From Candidatus Nanopelagicales bacterium (GTDB taxonomy: Bacteria > Actinomycetota > Actinomycetes > S36-B12), in NCBI GenBank assembly GCA_021741645.1, contig JAIOXK010000004.1:1182-65181 (forward strand): DNA of 64,000 bases, read 5' to 3'. This document shows, piece by piece, positions 30,418-40,424 of this stretch. The notes under the pieces were generated by a model. That model saw only the letters and a list, made by a program, of their open reading frames with translations. It was not told the origin of the DNA and did not search any database. The translations under genes and the position numbers were made by a program. Positions within the stretch are counted from its first letter, which is position 1. Each line of letters starts with the position of its first letter.

Positions 30418-32757
30418 ATGGAACCGCGGGAGTTCGCCTCCATGCGGAACGAGGTGGCACGTCGCCCCGGACTGAAGGGTCCGGAGCGACGTGCTGCTCT
30501 CACGACGCTCACTGACGACTGGCTGCAGGAGCTCTTCGCCCAGGCGCAGGAGCTGGTGTCCTCCCCCCTGTGTCTTCTCGCGGTGGGGGGATACGGCCGT
30601 GGAGAGCTCACGGTCGGGAGCGACCTCGACCTCGTCCTTCTTCACTCCACGCGTGCAAGCGATGTCGGCCCCGCTGCGGATGCCCTGTGGTACCCCATCT
30701 GGGACTCGGGTGTGCGCCTGGATCACAGCGTTCGCACGGTGAGTGAGGCACGGCTCATCGCGAGCTCGGATGTCAAAGTGGTCCTGGGGATGCTGGATGC
30801 TCGAGTCATCGCGGGCGATGAAGCCCTGGCAGCGCAACTGACCTCGGGAGTTCTGGCGGACTGGCGAGCGATGGCCGCTGATCGACTGCTCGAGCTGCAT
30901 GGGATGGTGCGTGACCGACGCAGTCAGTTCGGCGAGCTGAGCCAGATGGTGGAGCCGCAGATCAAGGAGTCCTACGGGGGGCTGCGGGATGCGTCGATCC
31001 TCACCGGCATCACTGCGTCCTGGCTCACGGACGTCCCCCACACCGGCTGGCAGGATTCCGTGCAGTTCCTGCTGGATGTTCGCGACTCTCTCCATCTGCG
31101 CACCGGACGGGCTCAGGACTCACTCGTGATGCAGGAGCAGGAGGCGGTCGCCGAGGATGTTCTCGGAGCAGCGGATCCGGATGAACTCCTGCGTCGGGTC
31201 TACGAGGGGGCGCGCACGATCGCCTATGCGAGCGATGTGGCGTGGCATCGGGTCGAGCGCATCGCAGCGGGGCGCCAGCGCAAGTCATTCCGAGCGATCA
31301 AGCGTCGCACTCCTGCACGGGTTCCGCTGGCCGATGGAGTCGTTCTGCAGAACGGCGAGGCGGTTCTGGCTCTCGATGCCCAGCCGGCGAAGGATCCTGG
31401 ACTCGCGCTCCGCGCCGCTGCGGCGGCCGCGCAGGCGGGAGTCCTGCTGTCGCCCCACACCGTCGATCGCCTTGCACTCGAGTGCCCGGACCTTCCCGCC
31501 ACCTGGACCCGAGCCATGCGCGAATCCTTCATCTCGCTGATCGGATCAGGACCTGCCTTGCCGCAGGTGTGGGAAGCGCTCGATCAAGCCGGTCTCATCC
31601 ATCGATGGATACCGGAATGGGATGCGGTGCGATCGGCTCCTCAGCGCAACGCCCTGCATCGATTCACTGTTGATCGACACCTGCTGGAGACTGCCGTACG
31701 CGCCAGCGCTCTCACGCGAAACGTGGATCGTCCCGACCTCCTGCTGATGGGAGCCCTGCTGCATGACATTGGCAAGGCTCGTGGCGGCGACCACAGTCGC
31801 GTGGGTGCCGAAATCGCGCGCGATCTGTGCGCGAGGATGGGCTTCGATGACGACGACACGCGCGTCGTAGAGATGCTGGTGCGACACCATCTGGTGCTCG
31901 CAGACACGGCCACGCGTCGCGACCTCGACGACCCCGATGTCGTGGGACAGATGGCCGCGGTCGTCGGGTCCATCGAGGTTCTCGATCTTCTGCACGAGGT
32001 CACCGTCGCCGATTCGCTGGCGACGGGGCCGACCGTCTGCACGGAGTGGCGCTTTGGCCTCATGGCGGACCTGACTCGGCGGACGAGGCGGGTGCTCGAC
32101 GGCCGACCCCTTCCTGAGCCGCCCTCGCTCTCCGAGCACCAGCGCCTGGCTCTGAGTCAGGAGGGCGTGTGGGTGCTGATGGAGGAGGGGGAGAGCGCGC
32201 ATGTGATCACGGTGGCCGCTCGTGATCACCTGGGGCTGCTCGGCACTGTCGCCGGAGTGCTGGCCCTGAATCGACTCCACGTGCTGGCGGCGCGCGTCAC
32301 GACGGTCGACGGGCGAGCGGTCCAGGAGTGGACCGTGCGACCGGTGTTCGGCGATCCGCCGTCAGCGCCCCAGCTGAGCGAGGATGTTCGACGAGCGATT
32401 GAGGGCACCTACGACGTGGCCGATCGGCTCCGGGCGCGAGAGGCTGACCAGCCGGCCTCGTCGATGTCTGCTCCGGCGCCGACCGTTCGCGCGATTCGGC
32501 ATCCCGATGGATCAAGTGCCGTGGTCGAGATCCGGGCTCACGACGCTGCCGGGCTCCTGTATCGCGTGGCGCGTGCGGTGGCGGCTGCTGATGTCGACAT
32601 CACCGGGGCGAAGGTGAGCACCCTCGGCTCGGAAGTCGTGGACGCCTTCTTCGTCCGGGCACCGGATGGGGGATCGCTGAGCGACGAGCGACTCGACGCT
32701 CTCCGGGTGACCGTCCTGTCCACGTTGGCGAGCCCGTTGTCGCCGGCACCCGCCTGA
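30418..32757 (+). CDS. glnD: PII nucleotidyltransferase
   Basis: AVGGYGRGEL..SDLD, GGLRD, HD domain (LLHDIGK), two ACT domains. Confidence 0.93.
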   Translation: MEPREFASMRNEVARRPGLKGPERRAALTTLTDDWLQELFAQAQELVSSPLCLLAVGGYGRGELTVGSDLDLVLLHSTRASDVGPAADALWYPIWDSGVRLDHSVRTVSEARLIASSDVKVVLGMLDARVIAGDEALAAQLTSGVLADWRAMAADRLLELHGMVRDRRSQFGELSQMVEPQIKESYGGLRDASILTGITASWLTDVPHTGWQDSVQFLLDVRDSLHLRTGRAQDSLVMQEQEAVAEDVLGAADPDELLRRVYEGARTIAYASDVAWHRVERIAAGRQRKSFRAIKRRTPARVPLADGVVLQNGEAVLALDAQPAKDPGLALRAAAAAAQAGVLLSPHTVDRLALECPDLPATWTRAMRESFISLIGSGPALPQVWEALDQAGLIHRWIPEWDAVRSAPQRNALHRFTVDRHLLETAVRASALTRNVDRPDLLLMGALLHDIGKARGGDHSRVGAEIARDLCARMGFDDDDTRVVEMLVRHHLVLADTATRRDLDDPDVVGQMAAVVGSIEVLDLLHEVTVADSLATGPTVCTEWRFGLMADLTRRTRRVLDGRPLPEPPSLSEHQRLALSQEGVWVLMEEGESAHVITVAARDHLGLLGTVAGVLALNRLHVLAARVTTVDGRAVQEWTVRPVFGDPPSAPQLSEDVRRAIEGTYDVADRLRAREADQPASSMSAPAPTVRAIRHPDGSSAVVEIRAHDAAGLLYRVARAVAAADVDITGAKVSTLGSEVVDAFFVRAPDGGSLSDERLDALRVTVLSTLASPLSPAPA

Positions 32758-32794
32758 TCGCGGGGTCGCAGCTGCCGCGGGTAGGGTGGCGGAC

Positions 32795-34321
32795 GTGTTT
32801 GCGAGCCTCTCCGACCGCTTGGCGGCGACCTTCAAGGGACTTCGGGGCAAGGGACGCCTGACGGAGGCTGATGTCGATGCCACCGTGCGGGAGATTCGCA
32901 CCGCGCTCCTCGAGGCCGACGTCGCCCTGCCCGTGGTGCGACAGTTCACCTCCACGGTCAAGGAGCGGGCGCTCTCAGCGGAGGTGTCGGGCGCGCTCAA
33001 TCCTGCTCAGCAGGTCGTCAAGATCGTGCACGAGGAACTGGTCGCCATCCTCGGTGGCGAGACTGCCCGCCTCGTCTACGCGAAATCCGGGCCGACCGTC
33101 ATCCTGCTGGCCGGTCTTCAGGGTGCTGGCAAGACGACTTTGGCTGGCAAGCTCGCCGTTCATCTGAAGGAGCAGGGGCACACCCCGCTTCTCGTCGCGG
33201 CTGACCTTCAGCGCCCCAATGCGGTCGACCAGCTCACCGTCGTCGCGGAGCGTGCCGGCGTGGCCGTGTTCGCACCGGAGCCGGGCAATGGCGTAGGCGA
33301 CCCGGTTGCCGTGACACGAGCGGCGCGGGACCACGCGGTAGCCAAGGTGCACGACGTCGTCATCGTCGACACTGCCGGTCGGCTGGCTGTGGACGCAGAC
33401 CTGATGCAGCAGCTTCGCGATGTGCGCGATGCTGCACAGCCGGACAACGTGCTGCTGGTCATCGACGCCATGATCGGTCAGGATGCCGTCCGCACGGCCG
33501 AGGAATTCCAGGCCGGCATCGGGTTCGACGCTGTTGTCCTCACCAAGCTCGACGGCGATGCGCGCGGTGGTGCGGCGCTGTCGGTGGTGACCGTCACGGG
33601 TCGGCCCATCATGTTCGCCTCGGTCGGCGAGAAGCTCACCGAGTTCGAGGCCTTCCATCCGGACCGCATGGCGTCGCGCATTCTCGACATGGGCGATGTG
33701 CTCACGCTCATCGAGCAGGCCGAGCGGGCCTTCGATGCCGACCAGGCCGAGCGCATGGCCAAGAAGGTCTCGTCGGGTGAGGACTTCACGCTCGAGGACT
33801 TCCTGGAGCAGATGCAGGCCGTCAAGAAGATGGGCTCACTGGGCAAGATCCTCGGCATGCTGCCCGGCATGGGCGAGATGAAGGCCCAGCTGGATCAGGT
33901 GGATGATCGGGAGCTCGACAGGGTGGCCGCCATCATCCAGTCGATGACACCGGCGGAGCGCCGCGACCCGAAGATCCTCAACGGCTCACGTCGCTCCCGC
34001 ATCGCGGCCGGCTCGGGCACGCTGGTCAGTGACGTCAACGGCTTGGTGGAGCGGTTCAGCCAGGCCCAGAAGATGATGCGCCAGATGGGTCCGGGGGGCA
34101 TGCCCGGAATGGGTGGCATGCCGGGAATGCCGGGCATGGGCGGGAGCAAGAAGTCCAAGGGCAAGATGGCCAAGGCCAGCAAGCCCGCCAAGGGGAAGCG
34201 ACGCAGCGGAAATCCCGCCAAGCGCGCCCAGGAGGTCGTCGACGCCCCCGAGACCCAGGGTCCCGCGGAGGACTTCGACCCGTCGAGCCTGCCCAAGGAA
34301 CTGCGCGACCTGCTGGGCTGA
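32795..34321 (+). CDS. ffh: Signal recognition particle protein
   Basis: MFASLSDRL, GLQGAGKTT, DTAGR, TKLDGDARGG, Met-rich M domain. Confidence 0.96.
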   Translation: MFASLSDRLAATFKGLRGKGRLTEADVDATVREIRTALLEADVALPVVRQFTSTVKERALSAEVSGALNPAQQVVKIVHEELVAILGGETARLVYAKSGPTVILLAGLQGAGKTTLAGKLAVHLKEQGHTPLLVAADLQRPNAVDQLTVVAERAGVAVFAPEPGNGVGDPVAVTRAARDHAVAKVHDVVIVDTAGRLAVDADLMQQLRDVRDAAQPDNVLLVIDAMIGQDAVRTAEEFQAGIGFDAVVLTKLDGDARGGAALSVVTVTGRPIMFASVGEKLTEFEAFHPDRMASRILDMGDVLTLIEQAERAFDADQAERMAKKVSSGEDFTLEDFLEQMQAVKKMGSLGKILGMLPGMGEMKAQLDQVDDRELDRVAAIIQSMTPAERRDPKILNGSRRSRIAAGSGTLVSDVNGLVERFSQAQKMMRQMGPGGMPGMGGMPGMPGMGGSKKSKGKMAKASKPAKGKRRSGNPAKRAQEVVDAPETQGPAEDFDPSSLPKELRDLLG

Positions 34322-34525
34322 CCACGGGCAGGCCATCCCCTCGGTCGGCCCTGAACACGGGCCGGTTGGGGGGCCGGGGCCCGCGTCTGGCAGACTGTGC
34401 CAGCACTTGTCGCCCGGTAGGCCCTCTACCCTCCGGAACGGCAGTCAACAGGCTCGCATCTTCGATCATGTCCCCACGTGATCGAGCAAGCGAACCGCCC
34501 CCACACATCAGGAGATAAGCCACCC

Positions 34526-35122
34526 GTGGCCGTCAAGATCAAGTTGAAGCGCGTGGGCAAGATCCACGCCCCGCAGTACCGCATCGTCGTCGCCGACTCC
34601 CGCACGGCCCGCAACGGCCGCGCCATCGAGGAGATCGGCATTTACCAGCCGCTGGACAATCCGAGTCTGATCAAGCTTGACTCCGATCGTGCCCAGTACT
34701 GGCTCGGCGTGGGCGCGCAGCCCACGGAGGCTGTCATGGCCATTCTCAAGGTGACTGGCGACTGGCAGAAGTTCAAGGGCCTGCCGGGCGCTGAGGGCAC
34801 CCTCGAGGTGGCCGAGGTCAAGCCGAACAAGATCATCGCGTTCGAGGCGGCCGTCAAGGCAGCCGCGGACGAGCCCAAGACGAAGCCGAAGCCCAAGCTC
34901 GAGAAGGTCGTCGAAGACGTCGTCGAGAAGGCTGAGGAGGCTGCTGAGAAGGTGGCCGAGGTCGTCGAGGACGTCGTCGAGAAGGCTGCTGAGGCCGTCA
35001 AGGACGCGGTCGAGGACATCGTGGAGAAGGTCGAAGAGGCCGTGCACGGTGACAAGGCCGACGAGACGCCGGCCGCCGAAGATGCCGCTGCCGGTGAGTC
35101 TGCAGAAGAGGCGAAGGCCTGA
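34526..35122 (+). CDS. rpsP: 30S ribosomal protein S16 with long acidic C-terminal extension
   Basis: [28 protein letters not shown]. Confidence 0.95.
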   Translation: MAVKIKLKRVGKIHAPQYRIVVADSRTARNGRAIEEIGIYQPLDNPSLIKLDSDRAQYWLGVGAQPTEAVMAILKVTGDWQKFKGLPGAEGTLEVAEVKPNKIIAFEAAVKAAADEPKTKPKPKLEKVVEDVVEKAEEAAEKVAEVVEDVVEKAAEAVKDAVEDIVEKVEEAVHGDKADETPAAEDAAAGESAEEAKA

Positions 35123-35361
35123 TGCTCGAGGAGGCCCTGGGCCACCTGGTGCGTGGGATCGTCGATCACCCGGACGATGTCGATGTGCAGATGCGCAACG
35201 GACGTCGGGGACGCTCGCTGGACGTGCGTGTCCATCCGGATGACATGGGCCGCGTCATCGGGCGTGGGGGTCGTACTGCGACAGCCCTGCGCACGGTGGT
35301 GACAGCCCTCAACGACGATCGTGCTGTGCGCATCGATTTTCTCGACGTCGCCGAGCGCTAG
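35122..35361 (+). CDS. khpA: KH-domain RNA-binding protein
   Basis: VHPDDMGRVIGRGGRTA; sits between rpsP and rimM. Confidence 0.9.
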   Translation: MLEEALGHLVRGIVDHPDDVDVQMRNGRRGRSLDVRVHPDDMGRVIGRGGRTATALRTVVTALNDDRAVRIDFLDVAER

Positions 35362-35367
35362 ACACTC

Positions 35368-35904
35368 ATGCGCGTCGTCATCGGCCGCATCGGTCGTCCC
35401 CATGGCATTCGTGGGGAAGTGACCGTCGAGACCAGGACCGACGAGCCCGATGAGCGTTTCGCCCCGGGTGCCGTGCTGCTTGTCGATGGACCAGTTCAAC
35501 AACTGGTCGTCGACCGGATGCACTGGCACTCGGGGCGTCTGCTTGTCACCTTCGAGGGGGTGGTCGACCGCAATGACGCGGAGGCCCTTCGTGGTCTCAT
35601 CCTTGAAGTGGAACGACCCGACGATGCGACTCCTGAGAATCCCGAGGAGTACTACGACAGCGCCCTGACCGGATGCACGGTGGTCACCGTCGACGGAGAA
35701 CTCGTCGGTACCGTGGCCGAGGTGGCCCATCTGCCCGCCCAGGACCTCCTGGTGGTGACCGGATCCCGCGGCGAGGTGCTCGTTCCCTTTGTCACGGAGA
35801 TCGTTCCGGACGTGGACCTGGGCGCCCGCCGCATCGTCATCGATCCGCCAGCGGGCCTGCTGGATGCTGACACGCCCGATGATGGGGACGACGAGGACGC
35901 CTGA
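35368..35904 (+). CDS. rimM: Ribosome maturation factor
   Basis: [33 protein letters not shown]. Confidence 0.94.
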   Translation: MRVVIGRIGRPHGIRGEVTVETRTDEPDERFAPGAVLLVDGPVQQLVVDRMHWHSGRLLVTFEGVVDRNDAEALRGLILEVERPDDATPENPEEYYDSALTGCTVVTVDGELVGTVAEVAHLPAQDLLVVTGSRGEVLVPFVTEIVPDVDLGARRIVIDPPAGLLDADTPDDGDDEDA

Positions 35905-36617
35905 TGCGCGTCGACATCGTCTCCATCTTTCCCGAGTACCTCGAGCCCCTTCGACTGTCCCTGGTCGGCAAGGCGGTCGACGCGGGCATCATCGACCTGC
36001 ACCTGCATGACCTGCGGGCCTACACGCGAGACCGCCACCGCACGGTGGACGACACTCCCTATGGCGGCGGTCCGGGCATGGTCATGAGTCCGGTGCCGTG
36101 GGGTGAGGCGCTTGATCACGTCCGCGCTGATGAGCCGTCAGTGCGCCCGACACTGGTGGTGCCGACGCCATCCGGACGCCCATTCCGACAGGCGACCGCT
36201 CAGGAATGGTCTGATCGTGACTGGCTCGTGTTCGCATGCGGGAGGTACGAGGGCATCGATGCCCGAGTCGTCGATCACTTCTCCGGCCGCGAGGATTGGG
36301 ATGGAGTGTGCGAGGTCTCGATTGGTGACTACGTGCTCGCCGGGGGAGAGGCAGCCGTGCTCGTCATGGTCGAGGCCGTCGCGCGGCTGCTGCCGGGAGT
36401 GCTGGGCAATGAGAACAGTGCGCGGGAGGACTCGTTCGCACCGGGCGAGATGGCCGAACGAGTCGAGGGTCCGGTGTTCACGAAGCCACCGCAGTGGCGG
36501 GATCTCCACGTCCCGGATGTCCTTCTGAGTGGCCATCACGGAAACATCGAGCAGTGGAGGCGCGCTCAGGCGGATGCGCGTACGGCCGAGCGCCGCCCCG
36601 ATCTGCTGGGTGACTGA
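35904..36617 (+). CDS. trmD: tRNA m1G37 methyltransferase
   Basis: [37 protein letters not shown]. Confidence 0.96.
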   Translation: MRVDIVSIFPEYLEPLRLSLVGKAVDAGIIDLHLHDLRAYTRDRHRTVDDTPYGGGPGMVMSPVPWGEALDHVRADEPSVRPTLVVPTPSGRPFRQATAQEWSDRDWLVFACGRYEGIDARVVDHFSGREDWDGVCEVSIGDYVLAGGEAAVLVMVEAVARLLPGVLGNENSAREDSFAPGEMAERVEGPVFTKPPQWRDLHVPDVLLSGHHGNIEQWRRAQADARTAERRPDLLGD

Positions 36618-36683
36618 CGTCACCGTCGGGGGATGTGGCTCGGCGATCTGCGCCAGAGCTTCGATCTACGACGGGGCGGCGGT

Positions 36684-38333
36684 CTACGCCAGAGCGGTGT
36701 CGACCACGGCGCGCGCATCCTCCTGGATCTGCCGCAGGTGCTCGGGGCCCCGGAACGACTCGGCATAGATCTTGTACACGTCCTCGGTTCCCGACGGTCG
36801 AGCGGCGAACCAGCCGCTCTCGCTGACCACCTTGAGCCCTCCGATCGCGGCCCCGTTGCCCGGTGCGTGCGTGAGTCGCTCGAGGATCGGTTCGCCGGCC
36901 AGGGTTGTCGCGGTCACCTGCTCCGCAGACAGCTGACCCAGTGCGGCCTTCTGCTCACGCGTGGCCGCTGCGTCGACCCGCGCGTAGGCGGGACTGCCGA
37001 AACGGCCGGTGAGCTCGGTGTAGTGCACCGAAGGGCTGACTCCCGTGACGGCGAGGATCTCTGAGGCCAGCAGCGCGGCGATGATGCCGTCCTTGTCGGT
37101 GGTCCAGGTGGATCCATCTCGTCGGAGGAACGAGGCGCCTGCGCTCTCCTCCCCGCCGAAGGCGACGGATCCGTCAGCGAGACCGGGAACGAACCACTTG
37201 AAGCCGACGGGCACCTCCCACAGGCGACGACCAGCTGATGCCACGACTCGATCGATCATGGACGAGCTGACCACCGTCTTGCCGATGGCGGCGTCAGCGC
37301 GCCACTGCGGTCGGTGACCGAGCAGGTAGTCGATCGCGACGGAGAGGAAGTGATTGGGATTCATGAGTCCGGCATCCGGTGTCACGATGCCGTGGCGATC
37401 GGAATCGGCATCGTTCCCGGTGGCGATGTCGTATCCGGCCCTCCGCTCGATCAGCGATGCCATGGCGTGAGGGGACGAGCAGTCCATGCGGATCCTGCCG
37501 TCCCAGTCCAGGGTCATGAACCGCCATGTCGGGTCCACGTGCGGATTGACCACCTCCAGGTTGAGGTCGTGCCGCTCGGCGATGGCCTGCCAGTACTCGA
37601 CGCTCGCTCCGCCGAGGGGGTCTGCGCCGATCCGGACGCCCGCCTCCCGGATGGCAGCCAGGTCGATGACCGACGGGAGGTCGTCGACGTACTGGCCGAG
37701 GAAGTCATGGGGGCTCACCCGGCCTGACGCCTGCGCCTGGGTCCAGGTGATGCGACGAACGCCGGACAGGCGGTCAGCCAGATACTGATTGGCGAGGCCC
37801 TGAACGACCGAGGTGATCTCCCCTGATGCGGGTCCGCCGTCCGGGGGGTTGTACTTGAAGCCACCGTCTCGCGGGGGGTTGTGCGAGGGCGTGACCACAA
37901 TGCCGTCGGCTCGACCCGGATCGTCCTGGGCGCGTCCGCGGTTGTAGGTGACGATGGCGTGGGACAGCGCCGGCGTAGGCGTGTAACCACCGCGGGAGTC
38001 GACGAGGGTCTGCACATCGTTGGCCGCGAGAACCTCGATGGCCGTCGTCCAGGCGGGCTCGCTGAGCGCATGAGTGTCACGGGCGAGAAACAGGGGGCCG
38101 TGGATGCCAGCAGCCTTCCGATGCTTGCAGATGGCCTGGGTGGTGGCCGCGATGTGGTCGTCGTTGAAGGCCACATCCAGGCTTGAGCCACGATGGCCGG
38201 AGGTGCCGAAGGACACCTGCTGGGTGATGTCAGCGGGATCGGGGTGCAGGGCGTAGTACGCGGTGAGCAGCGCGGGCAGGTCGACGAGATCGCTCTCCGA
38301 CGCGGGGGTGCCCGCTCTGGCATCCAGACTCAT
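36684..38333 (-). CDS. pgm: Phosphoglucomutase (glucose-1,6-bisphosphate dependent)
   Basis: FGTSGHRG, TPSHNP, DADSDR, GEESAG, RPSGTE; start MSLDARAG. Confidence 0.95.
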   Translation of the reverse strand: MSLDARAGTPASESDLVDLPALLTAYYALHPDPADITQQVSFGTSGHRGSSLDVAFNDDHIAATTQAICKHRKAAGIHGPLFLARDTHALSEPAWTTAIEVLAANDVQTLVDSRGGYTPTPALSHAIVTYNRGRAQDDPGRADGIVVTPSHNPPRDGGFKYNPPDGGPASGEITSVVQGLANQYLADRLSGVRRITWTQAQASGRVSPHDFLGQYVDDLPSVIDLAAIREAGVRIGADPLGGASVEYWQAIAERHDLNLEVVNPHVDPTWRFMTLDWDGRIRMDCSSPHAMASLIERRAGYDIATGNDADSDRHGIVTPDAGLMNPNHFLSVAIDYLLGHRPQWRADAAIGKTVVSSSMIDRVVASAGRRLWEVPVGFKWFVPGLADGSVAFGGEESAGASFLRRDGSTWTTDKDGIIAALLASEILAVTGVSPSVHYTELTGRFGSPAYARVDAAATREQKAALGQLSAEQVTATTLAGEPILERLTHAPGNGAAIGGLKVVSESGWFAARPSGTEDVYKIYAESFRGPEHLRQIQEDARAVVDTALA

Positions 38334-38562
38334 CGGCGCGACTCCTCGAGGCTCGGTCCCAGGGCGGTTGCCCCCTGGTTTGGGTTGTCGGTACCCATCG
38401 TGGCAGACTACGTAGGCCCATCGTCGGGCTGTCCTTGGGCAGCCCCCGGTCCGCCCCGCCACAGGGGAAGCGGTCCGGAAGGGTGCCGGCTCCGGCCGCG
38501 ACGCACGACCTCCATCCCCACGTGAGTGGGCGACCTGTGGCGCCTGCAGGAAGTGACACCCC

Positions 38563-38919
38563 ATGAAGACGCTCGACGCTGTCGATGCAGCATCACTGAA
38601 GACCGACATCCCGGCCTTTCGACCCGGTGACACCGTGAAGGTGCACGTCAAGGTCGTCGAGGGCAACAAGACCCGCGTGCAGGTCTTCCAGGGGGTTGTG
38701 ATCGCTCGCTCCGGATCCGGAGTCAGCGAGACCTACACCGTGCGCAAGGTCTCCTACGGAGTCGGCGTCGAGCGCACGTTCCCGATCCACACTCCGATCG
38801 TCGAGCAGATCGAGGTCGTGACCCTCGGTGACGTTCGTCGCGCCAAGCTCTACTACCTGCGTGACCTGCGCGGCAAGAAGGCGAAGATCCGCGAACGCCG
38901 CGAAACGGTCAAGCCGTAG
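38563..38919 (+). CDS. rplS: 50S ribosomal protein L19
   Basis: [28 protein letters not shown]. Confidence 0.97.
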   Translation: MKTLDAVDAASLKTDIPAFRPGDTVKVHVKVVEGNKTRVQVFQGVVIARSGSGVSETYTVRKVSYGVGVERTFPIHTPIVEQIEVVTLGDVRRAKLYYLRDLRGKKAKIRERRETVKP

Positions 38920-38971
38920 GGCTGACTCCAGGCCGACTCGGGACCACCCGAAAGGCAGGGAGATCAGGACT

Positions 38972-39658
38972 GTGAGCAGGAAAGAGGGTCGCGGGCAATC
39001 CTGGTGGGATATTCCCGTCACCATCGCGATCGCGGTGGGCGTCGTGCTGCTCCTCACCACATTCGTGGCCAAGCCGTTCTCGATTCCGTCGGGCTCGATG
39101 GAGAACACGCTTCAGATCGGTGACCGAATCCTGGTCAATCGGGTGGTGTATCACCTGCGCCCGATCGAGCGTGGAGACATCGTGGTCTTCGACGGGTCCG
39201 ACAGTTTTGTCCCAGCAGGCTCCATTCCTGAGCGCAATCCGCTCGCCGGTGCGGCCGTCTGGGTAGGTCAGTCACTCGGCTTCATGGCGCCCGACTCGAC
39301 GGATTTCGTCAAGCGGGTGATCGGTGTGGGTGGGGATCGCGTCGCATGCTGTGACGCGGACGGGCGCGTGACGGTCAATGGCGTCCCTCTCGACGAGAGT
39401 GCCTACCTGTACCCCGGGGACGCCCCCAGCTGGCAGGCATTCGATGTCGTCGTTCCAGAGGGCATGCTGTGGGTCATGGGAGACCACCGCTCCAATTCTG
39501 CGGATTCGCGAGCACATCTCGGCGATCCTGGGGGCGGTTTCGTCCCGGAGTCGAAGGTGGTGGGCCGCGCGATGAACGTGCTCTGGCCGATCCCTCGTCT
39601 TGGCTCCCTTGAGATTCCGCAGGCCTTCGCGGACATCCCGGCAGGCACGGGCTCGTAA
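38972..39658 (+). CDS. lepB: Signal peptidase I (copy 1)
   Basis: IPSGSME, VKRVIG, GDHR.NSADSR. Confidence 0.92.
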   Translation: MSRKEGRGQSWWDIPVTIAIAVGVVLLLTTFVAKPFSIPSGSMENTLQIGDRILVNRVVYHLRPIERGDIVVFDGSDSFVPAGSIPERNPLAGAAVWVGQSLGFMAPDSTDFVKRVIGVGGDRVACCDADGRVTVNGVPLDESAYLYPGDAPSWQAFDVVVPEGMLWVMGDHRSNSADSRAHLGDPGGGFVPESKVVGRAMNVLWPIPRLGSLEIPQAFADIPAGTGS

Positions 39659-40422
39659 TGGCCGTGTCTGCGAGAGATCCGCAGGGCCTTCCTCGGGAGC
39701 AGCCCGCCGGCCGTGGACGCCATGCTCGTGGCCGGGAGCCGCGTGAGAGCCGGAGCGGCCTTGGCCGCTGGCTCGGCGAGACGGCGATCATCATCGTCTC
39801 GGCACTGGTGCTCTCGGCGTTGGTCCGAGCGTTCCTGGTTCAGGCCTTCTTCGTTCCCAGCTCGTCCATGGAGGACACCCTCGCGATCAGTGATCGCATC
39901 GTGGCCTCCAAGATCACCACCTCGCTGGGTGAGGTGAGCCGGGGTGAGGTGGTCGTCTTCAAGGATCCGGGCGATTGGCTGCCTGATCCGCCGCCACCGG
40001 CCAGTGGATTCCGCGGTGCGGTGCAGACCGGCCTGACCTTCATCGGCCTTCTGCCCAGCGACTCCGGCAACGATCTGGTCAAGCGGGTGATTGCCGTGGA
40101 AGGAGACAGGATCGCCTGCTGCGATGCCGAAGGCCGCATCCTGCTGAACGGTGTTCCTCTGGTCGAGGACTACGTCAAGGGTCGTACCGATCAGGTCCTG
40201 TTCGACGTGGTGGTGCCCGAGGGCGGCGTGTTCATGATGGGAGACAACCGCGGCAATTCGCGGGACTCCCGGTTCCATCTCGACGTCGACGACGGCGCCG
40301 TGCCGGTCAGTGACGTCGTGGGCCGGGTGGTCCTCGTGCTGTGGCCCCTCAACCGCATTGCCACGGTGCCCATTCCGGAGATCTTCGCGAACCCCCAGAT
40401 CACCCAGGGCGCGACCCCTTAG
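39658..40422 (+). CDS. lepB: Signal peptidase I (copy 2)
   Basis: VPSSSME, VKRVIA, GDNRGNSRDSR. Confidence 0.92.
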   Translation: MAVSARDPQGLPREQPAGRGRHARGREPRESRSGLGRWLGETAIIIVSALVLSALVRAFLVQAFFVPSSSMEDTLAISDRIVASKITTSLGEVSRGEVVVFKDPGDWLPDPPPPASGFRGAVQTGLTFIGLLPSDSGNDLVKRVIAVEGDRIACCDAEGRILLNGVPLVEDYVKGRTDQVLFDVVVPEGGVFMMGDNRGNSRDSRFHLDVDDGAVPVSDVVGRVVLVLWPLNRIATVPIPEIFANPQITQGATP

Positions 40423-40424
40423 CG

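Noticed and set aside
38972-40422. Tandem signal peptidase genes as an unusual duplication
   Set aside because: Multiple lepB/sip genes after rplS are common in actinomycetes, and both copies keep the Ser-Lys dyad
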